A DNA stretch of 64,000 bases, taken from a bacterium. GTDB taxonomy: Bacteria > Electryoneota > Electryoneia > Electryoneales > Electryoneaceae. Each line of letters begins with the position of its first letter. Position 1 is the first letter of the stretch. Shown in pieces: positions 57,933 through 64,000 of this stretch. A model generated the notes under the pieces. The model saw only the letters and a program-made list of their open reading frames with translations, made no database searches and was not told the origin of the DNA. Where the stretch lies: assembly GCA_020444265.1 (NCBI GenBank), contig JAHLLH010000014.1:8339-72338 (forward strand), read 5' to 3'. Made by a program: the position numbers and the translations under genes.

Positions 57933-58436
57933 TCAAGCCGACTTCTGCAACCCGCGAACCTCGTCCCATTCCTTCATGAATGCACCGAGATGCTTCATCA
58001 TCAGGCTATAAAATTGTTCCATCTCCTCGATGCGAGCGGTAAACGCAGCGAGGTCCTCCTCTTTACCGGGACGAACGATCTCGTCTTTCGTTGCACCATC
58101 AAGCCGTTTATGGAATCGTTTTGCGAGGGTGAGATTGCCCCGCAGCAAAGCGGCATGGTTCCCGAACGCATGACCGAATATGTCAGAATCGGCCTCGTAG
58201 AAATCCTTGCGGTTGCCCGGCTTGTTGTGACGGTGGACGAGGCGGTGGTCACGCAACCGTCCCATCACCTGGCTGACCGGGCCTTTGCTGACTCCCAGCT
58301 CGCTAGTGATGTCGTCCAGGCTGAGCGGTTTGCTGCTGGCCAGCAGCAGGCCAACCACGTGTCCCATCAGCTTGGGCAACCCGAACAGTTGGTAGGCCTC
58401 CCCAAATTCCTGTATCCAGTCCTGCCGCAGTGTCAT
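57933..58436 (-). CDS. GbsR/MarR-family transcriptional regulator
   Basis: FGLPKLMG...LL..PLSLDDI..LGVSKGPVS...L...PG.RKDFY. Confidence 0.9.
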   Translation of the reverse strand: MTLRQDWIQEFGEAYQLFGLPKLMGHVVGLLLASSKPLSLDDITSELGVSKGPVSQVMGRLRDHRLVHRHNKPGNRKDFYEADSDIFGHAFGNHAALLRGNLTLAKRFHKRLDGATKDEIVRPGKEEDLAAFTARIEEMEQFYSLMMKHLGAFMKEWDEVRGLQKSA

Positions 58437-58454
58437 CGCCCGCCCCTCGTATCG

Positions 58455-58470
58455 TTTGAAACATTTCAAA
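58455..58470. promoter_or_regulatory. Palindromic operator candidate TTTGAAA-ca-TTTCAAA
   Basis: Perfect 7-bp inverted repeat about 20 nt upstream of the regulator start. Confidence 0.55.
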
Positions 58471-58624
58471 TGTTGGAAAGTAGCAAAGAAAAGTCAAGCC
58501 CTTGAGGCACGATAGAGCATTGCTTCGCCTCCTGCTCCGAGACTGGCACTCGTCCTTTACCAGCCTGAACAGAACGAGGGACAGCACAAGCTGCCCCTCG
58601 TTTTTTTGTTCAGGTATCAATGAA

Positions 58625-59485
58625 TCACTTCACAAGTGTTACCCGTGTCGATCCCTGCCATCCGTCATCCGTCGCTAACCGGATGATGTATGTACCGGAT
58701 GAAACATCCGGACTCCAGCTCATCTGGAACACACCAGCTTCCGCAGTTCGAGGCGACAAGGAGGCAACCTCGCGCCCAAGCAAATCATGAACGGTCATGG
58801 AAACCGTTGCTGCAGTAGTGAGATTTACCTGTACGGTGGTCGAAGCATTGAACGGGTTCGGCCAAGCTGGTAGCATGGTGTGCATATTGGGTAAAAACGC
58901 TTCCTGAGGGACGGTCGATGTCAGCGCAGTGGCAGAAGCTTGCGTCAGGTAGATACGATCCCCGAATTCTGTCTCATCCCCGTCCGCAGCATTCCCGGCG
59001 AGGTAGAAGATGATCTCCCCGAGATCCTGCTCCGGGGCGGTCCATTCAAACGACCATTCCACCCCACCTGTACTTCCCGGCATTGTCCCAGCAGATGTAT
59101 GCTCGACAAAATCAGCGTTGTTCTCATTGGGGTTCGGGTTAAACCCGCGCAGCTTCTGGGTATTGACTTCATCGGTCACAGTCAATTCGCCGGCCTGCTC
59201 AATCTCGTCATACATCGAGGAAAACTGGAACCCCCATCGGCTGGCATCAGGATCTTCCAGCCCAATGGTGAGGGTATACGTCTCACCAGGCTGGTAGGTC
59301 TCAGGAACATTCCAGCTCAGGGATCCTGTGCCACTGTTTACCTCAAAGCTGTTGTGGCAGGCGGTGCAATTCCGCTGGATGGGGGGTGTGCCGTTGTTCC
59401 CTGTCCACGGACCATCAGAAAATGCAACGGATGTCGCAGTGAGGGTGAACAGCAGGATAGAGGTGAGAACTGTCTGTTTGATCAT
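58625..59485 (-). CDS. Secreted reeler-like (choice-of-anchor V-like) protein with T9SS/FlgD-type C-terminal domain
   Basis: Signal peptide, CTACH, Y.PGETY.LT, GFQ, WSFEWTAP, FY.AGNAADGD..GD.IY, PNPFNAST. Confidence 0.82.
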   Translation of the reverse strand: MIKQTVLTSILLFTLTATSVAFSDGPWTGNNGTPPIQRNCTACHNSFEVNSGTGSLSWNVPETYQPGETYTLTIGLEDPDASRWGFQFSSMYDEIEQAGELTVTDEVNTQKLRGFNPNPNENNADFVEHTSAGTMPGSTGGVEWSFEWTAPEQDLGEIIFYLAGNAADGDETEFGDRIYLTQASATALTSTVPQEAFLPNMHTMLPAWPNPFNASTTVQVNLTTAATVSMTVHDLLGREVASLSPRTAEAGVFQMSWSPDVSSGTYIIRLATDDGWQGSTRVTLVK

Positions 59486-59598
59486 GGGGCCTCCAATGAT
59501 CGGAATATGCCCCGGCTCCAGCTGTATACTACTGTTTAGGGCCTCCTAACTCAAACGATTTATCAGATGGAGGTCACTATTAATCTCTGAAGGCTGGC

Positions 59599-60417
59599 TT
59601 AGTCACTCCTTTTTCGCATCAACAGAAACCCAGCGGCGACAAACAGCAGGATCATGCCGAAACTCTCGATGGTGGGCATCACACAGGCTTCGCCCGAGGG
59701 CAGTACCTGGATGGCATTTGAGGTCAGCAAACCGGTAAGCAGCACACCGCCCACGGTTTGCGCCACAACGACCGGCCAGATCGTCCCGGACCGTCTCCGC
59801 AGCTCACCAAAGACCAGCGAGAGGGCGATGGTGCCGAGCAGGAAACGGGGTACAAGGGTCAGCAGCGACTCGTTGGTATAGGGAGTGATGACCGCCAGGT
59901 AAGGCAGATGCCACAAACCCCAGACCGCCCCGGTTGTCAAGTGATTGGCAAGGGGGGTCCAACCGAGGCCCTCCAGCTTCGGTGTGAGGTAGCCACGAAA
60001 TCCGCTCTCTTCGAAGATATTCTGCACGAGTTGCGGCAGGATCGCGAGGGCACCCAACTTCAGCGCCAAGTCCCACGCGCCGTCCCCACCGGGGGTGATC
60101 ACCACCTTGAAGAGACCGCCGACCAGCAGCACCAGCAGAACCGCAAAGGGAAAAAGCAGCAGCCCGAAGAGGTACCAGATACCACTTCCACGCTTTACCG
60201 GTTTCCACCCGATGTCGCTCCACCCTTCCTTCCGAACCGCTCGCAACAGGAACGAAGCAATCATCGGTGCCAGCAGCCAGAGGAGCATTCCCGGTTGCTG
60301 ACCAGGAGCAGCGGAGAGGGAGGTATCCAGCAATCGTCCCAACCACCCGAGCAGAAGGACGAGGACGATGAAGAGGAAAACGGACAGCAACGAGGAACGT
60401 CGGTTCGAGTCGGTCAT
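59599..60417 (-). CDS. CPBP/CAAX-family intramembrane metalloprotease
   Basis: EESGFRGYL, WGLWHLP, multiple TM helices. The last motif reads AQTVGG instead of HxxxN. Confidence 0.85.
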   Translation of the reverse strand: MTDSNRRSSLLSVFLFIVLVLLLGWLGRLLDTSLSAAPGQQPGMLLWLLAPMIASFLLRAVRKEGWSDIGWKPVKRGSGIWYLFGLLLFPFAVLLVLLVGGLFKVVITPGGDGAWDLALKLGALAILPQLVQNIFEESGFRGYLTPKLEGLGWTPLANHLTTGAVWGLWHLPYLAVITPYTNESLLTLVPRFLLGTIALSLVFGELRRRSGTIWPVVVAQTVGGVLLTGLLTSNAIQVLPSGEACVMPTIESFGMILLFVAAGFLLMRKRSD

Positions 60418-60766
60418 GCAGAGGCCTCTAGCAGGTTTGAGGGGACGATCGGCTCGCGGGTAATGTATGTCATCTCGTGTGTTCCGGCGCTTGCATTGAG
60501 GGCTTCCCAGATCAAAAGGGGAGGCGCCACAATTTTCGCTCCACCCCATCCCACATGTCATCCCCAGCACGCAATCCGGCGTCAGCCGGATCGTGACCGA
60601 AGGGAACCTGCGGGCGTTGGGGATCCCCCGGGGCATCGCACCACCCCGACCATAGCTCACCCCAAAGGCTATCACCTGTTGAACTGGCAAAAGAAACCCG
60701 GCTTGCAAGCCAAGCCGGGGCACCCATAGGGTAGGACATCACATGCCAAGCGGTACGCGATCAACC

Positions 60767-62326
60767 TTACACCCGGTGCTCGTCGCGAAGCAGATCGTTT
60801 ACCGTCTTAACCGGGGTGAACGTGTGGACCGGCACCTCGACAAAAACCGAGTTCCAGTGCGCCATCGCACCGTTCCAGAGCCCCGGCAGCTCGAGCGCTT
60901 TCAGGGGACGACCCTGGAAGGATTTGGACGAGATAAAGACCGTCTCCGGATCGCGATACTTCGACAGATCGAACTTTTTGCCCTTGTAGTCACGCAGCCC
61001 GCAAACAAGATCGACCGGGTTGAAGTGGGTCGCCGCTTCGAGAATGCTCTGCTGCTTCGGATCGTCCGTGTTGATCTGACTCGTTTCGACAATCTGACGT
61101 GTGGTCTCGCCGGAGGAATCGGTCACCCAGAAGGGCCCGCCACCCGGTTCACCCGTGTTCGGAACCATACCGCAGACGCGCAGGGGGCGATGGAGACGAT
61201 CCACCAGCCAGTCACGCTTTTTATCCAATTTCCAACGTTCCCAACCGGTCGGCATCTGTGCACCAAGGGTGTCCACGGTCCACTCGGCAATCTCGGTCAG
61301 CACTGCCCCGCTCGACTTCCCTTTTATAACTTCCTTCAGGTAGTCAAAAACCTGCTGCTGGATATGGACGAGGAAGCCTGCAAGCACCTTCTTCCGAAAG
61401 AGCTTGTTATCCGCAGCAGGCCGTGGTACAACGTTATCGATGTTCTTGATCAGGACGATATCCGCATCGAGCTCGTTCAGGTTGTCGAGCAGCGCACCAT
61501 GCCCGCCCGGACGGAATACCAGCTTACCCTCGTCGTCACGGAAAAGCTCATTCTCCGGGGTTACCGAAATGGTATCGGTGGAGGGTTTCTGGACAGAGTA
61601 GCCGAGCTCAACATCAAAATCATCTTCCTCGGCCACCTCGCCGATGAAGGTTTTCAGCGACACATCGATTTTTTCGCTGGTACCCGGCGGAACGGTAAAA
61701 TGGATGCGAACAATCCCATCAGCATCGCTGACCAGCTCGATCCCCTCCAGCACCTGCTCCTCGAAAGCAGTGTGAGCATGATCCCCATGAAGATGGAAAA
61801 GCACCATCCCCTTTGGCACACTGGCGAACCCGAGTCCCTTGTCAGTCAGCAGGTACTCGATGATGGTGTGAACTGCGCCCTCCGCAAGCAGCTCATCCAC
61901 ATCCAGATCATCGGCTTTCAGCCGTTTCACCAGTTCCGGGTAGAAGGCAAAACGGCTAAGGCTGCGGATGAATCGAAGGCCAAAGACAGCCGCTGCTTCA
62001 TTGGCATTGGCACGTTCCTCAAGCTTCCCCATCGTCAATCCGGGGTAGGTATTGTAGAGAGCGAGCAGGTCACGGAACATTCGGCTTGCTGCCCCGGACG
62101 CGGGGACAAATTTGCTGAACCGTCCTTTATCCGCTGCCTGGCTGAACGCCTGGATCATGGCCGGTTCCTGGTCTAGATGGAGACGGACGATACCATCTTC
62201 GATAACACATGGACGGATCAGGTTGACCGGTTGCGGGCCACGACGGAAGAGTTCGATCTGTCGCTTGATTTCTTTCTCATCCAGACCGTGGTCTTTGATC
62301 TGTTTGCGATCGGCTTTGCTGAACAA
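60767..62326 (-). CDS. DUF4301 family protein
   Basis: KFVPASGAASRMF, SVQKPSTDTI, FRPGGHGALL, IKNIDNV, RVCGMV.N.GEPGGGPFW, THFNPVDLVC, LKALELPGLWNGAMA. TTG start inferred from GGAGGA. Confidence 0.9.
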   Translation of the reverse strand: MFSKADRKQIKDHGLDEKEIKRQIELFRRGPQPVNLIRPCVIEDGIVRLHLDQEPAMIQAFSQAADKGRFSKFVPASGAASRMFRDLLALYNTYPGLTMGKLEERANANEAAAVFGLRFIRSLSRFAFYPELVKRLKADDLDVDELLAEGAVHTIIEYLLTDKGLGFASVPKGMVLFHLHGDHAHTAFEEQVLEGIELVSDADGIVRIHFTVPPGTSEKIDVSLKTFIGEVAEEDDFDVELGYSVQKPSTDTISVTPENELFRDDEGKLVFRPGGHGALLDNLNELDADIVLIKNIDNVVPRPAADNKLFRKKVLAGFLVHIQQQVFDYLKEVIKGKSSGAVLTEIAEWTVDTLGAQMPTGWERWKLDKKRDWLVDRLHRPLRVCGMVPNTGEPGGGPFWVTDSSGETTRQIVETSQINTDDPKQQSILEAATHFNPVDLVCGLRDYKGKKFDLSKYRDPETVFISSKSFQGRPLKALELPGLWNGAMAHWNSVFVEVPVHTFTPVKTVNDLLRDEHRV

Positions 62327-62622
62327 CTCTCCTCCGGGTTGTACCCATCCAGGTTCGCTTCGCGGGATAGAAAAGTGGATCAAGCTACAACTTTTCCCCC
62401 TCTGCAACAAGCGATCAGGGACCTTCATGGCTGAAAACAGGGACCCACTGTCGAAAATCGTCTAACTCGTGCTCCAGGTGTCACTTTGCAAAGGTGACAG
62501 ACTTCCTTACCCTCTAGTGGATTGATTCACGATAGGATCATATCAGGTAAAACACACCACCCGTCGTGACCGGGAGCACCTCGACTCTGTGACCGGGCCC
62601 GAAGCTGCCAACCTTTTGTGAG

Positions 62623-63702
62623 ATGACGATGAATCCTTCTCCACCTTTCCGCTGCCAGGTGAAACTGCTGGCCATCCTGCTGGTCTGCATCCTTGCCCCT
62701 GCTTTGACTTGGGCAAATACGCCAAAAGGGTACGTTTGCACCAGGACTACATCCCCTGTTCAGATTGACGGTTCGCTGGATGAATTCGTCTGGCAGGAGG
62801 CGAGTTGGAGTGAACCTTTTGTCGACATACAGGGCGAGGGACTGCCGGAACCGAGGTTTAAGACGGTGGTCGCAATGACCTGGGATGACAGCTTTTTCTA
62901 TGTCGCGGCTCGAATGGAAGAACCCCACCTCTGGGCGACCTATAACCAACGGGACATGGTGATTTACCACGAGAACGATTTCGAGGTCTTCATCGACCCG
63001 GACGGGGACACGCATAACTATTACGAGCTCGAGGTGAACGCACTCAACACGGTCTGGGATTTGCTGTTGACCAAACCGTACCGTGATGGTGGCCACGCCA
63101 TCGACCATTGGGATATCGGCGGTCTGAAAACGGCTGTTCAACTCGATGGCACCCTTAACAATCCCACCGACACCGACACAGGCTGGACCGTCGAGATCGC
63201 TTTCCCGTGGGATGCTCTCTCCGAAGCGGCAGGCAAACCCACCCTTCCGCAGCCCGGAGACCAGTGGCATGTCAATTTTTCACGTGTCCAATGGCATATC
63301 GAGCCGGACGGTAAACAGGGGTACCGGAAGCAGATCAACCCGGAAACGGGTGAGTCCTACCCAGAGGACAATTGGGTCTGGTCCCCTCAGGGTGAAATTG
63401 CCATGCACATGCCGGAAAAGTGGGGAGTTGTCCAGTTTGCCGACTCGGTTCGAAACCGTCTCCACCCGCTCCCCTACGCAGAGGAACGCGATCTGCTGTG
63501 GACCATTTACAACCGTCAACAGGAACACCATGCAAAACATGGCGCCTATGCAGACCTCAACAAGATCCGCTATGGCCTGCTAACCCATTCTGCCGACCCA
63601 ACCATTACTCTTTATCCGGGTGGTTTTATAGCCTCGCTGAATGTGTACGGCGGCACCTTGACGATCCGTGAGGATGGCCTGATTCGAGTGGTGCGGGATT
63701 AG
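62623..63702 (+). CDS. Carbohydrate-binding family 9-like (DOMON-like) exported protein
   Basis: IDG.LDE..W, WDD..FYV, NDFEVFIDPDGD, YYELEVN, WTVEIAFPW, VNFSRVQW, NWVWSPQG..MH.PE.WG. Confidence 0.88.
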   Translation: MTMNPSPPFRCQVKLLAILLVCILAPALTWANTPKGYVCTRTTSPVQIDGSLDEFVWQEASWSEPFVDIQGEGLPEPRFKTVVAMTWDDSFFYVAARMEEPHLWATYNQRDMVIYHENDFEVFIDPDGDTHNYYELEVNALNTVWDLLLTKPYRDGGHAIDHWDIGGLKTAVQLDGTLNNPTDTDTGWTVEIAFPWDALSEAAGKPTLPQPGDQWHVNFSRVQWHIEPDGKQGYRKQINPETGESYPEDNWVWSPQGEIAMHMPEKWGVVQFADSVRNRLHPLPYAEERDLLWTIYNRQQEHHAKHGAYADLNKIRYGLLTHSADPTITLYPGGFIASLNVYGGTLTIREDGLIRVVRD

Positions 63703-63732
63703 TAATATGCCGGATCAAATGTCAGACAGACT

Positions 63733-63904
63733 GTCACCCCGGACTTGATCCGGGGTCCAGCATCCACTCTGAAAGCAGTCTCTGCTGGTCAAATCCGAGG
63801 CCGAAATTACATGGCGGAGTGAGCCCCGAAGCACTGCGTGACGTGTCGCTGGGGGCCGAATGAGGAGCCTCGTTCAGGCGAAGGATGCTGGATCACGGGT
63901 CAAG
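63733..63904. repeat. REP-like element gtcaccccggacttgatccggggtccagcatcc...ggatgctggatcacgggtcaag
   Basis: Same family as 44316-44400. Confidence 0.7.
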
Positions 63905-64000
63905 TGTACAGACTCGGCACATAGGGAACAGGTGTATCGGAAGATAGGTAACACTCTTACACGTGCCATGCCACCCACATATCATCCCCAGCTCGCAACA

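Noticed and set aside
58625..59485. Monoheme cytochrome c call from CTACH
   Set aside because: The rest of the protein is a beta-sandwich-type secreted domain; a single motif is insufficient, although heme binding is not excluded.

Overview
64 kb of a diderm bacterium, about 55-60% GC by eye. Two proteins with PNPFNAST-type C-terminal sorting domains suggest an FCB-related lineage (inference). The centre of the window is a 6-gene minus-strand cluster (23.2-33.4 kb) that reads as a complete trans-envelope electron conduit. It encodes a membrane-anchored, circularly permuted TrxR-like NADP(H) flavoprotein with atypical Fe-S motifs, three exported multiheme cytochromes c (20, 37 and 19 CxxCH by hand count, 76 in total) built from tri-heme modules, an outer-membrane beta-barrel, and a putative di-heme b membrane protein. 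Two converging CzcCBA/CusCBA-type metal efflux operons flank the cluster. Each is preceded by a small metal-ligand-rich membrane ORF, one ending in a RAPP arrest-like motif, and the block begins just after tRNA-Ser(UGA). Also present: an ArsR-SRPBCC locus, oadGAB, a DNA alkylation repair gene, a decayed accessory patch (frameshifted hicA with intact hicB, a disrupted aac(3)-I-like gene, two 106-107 bp hairpin elements), maeB, deaD, and an 8-gene acyl-ester uptake/catabolism operon with a non-canonical FabH. Many REP-like intergenic palindromes occur. All calls are by eye from motifs; no database searches were run.
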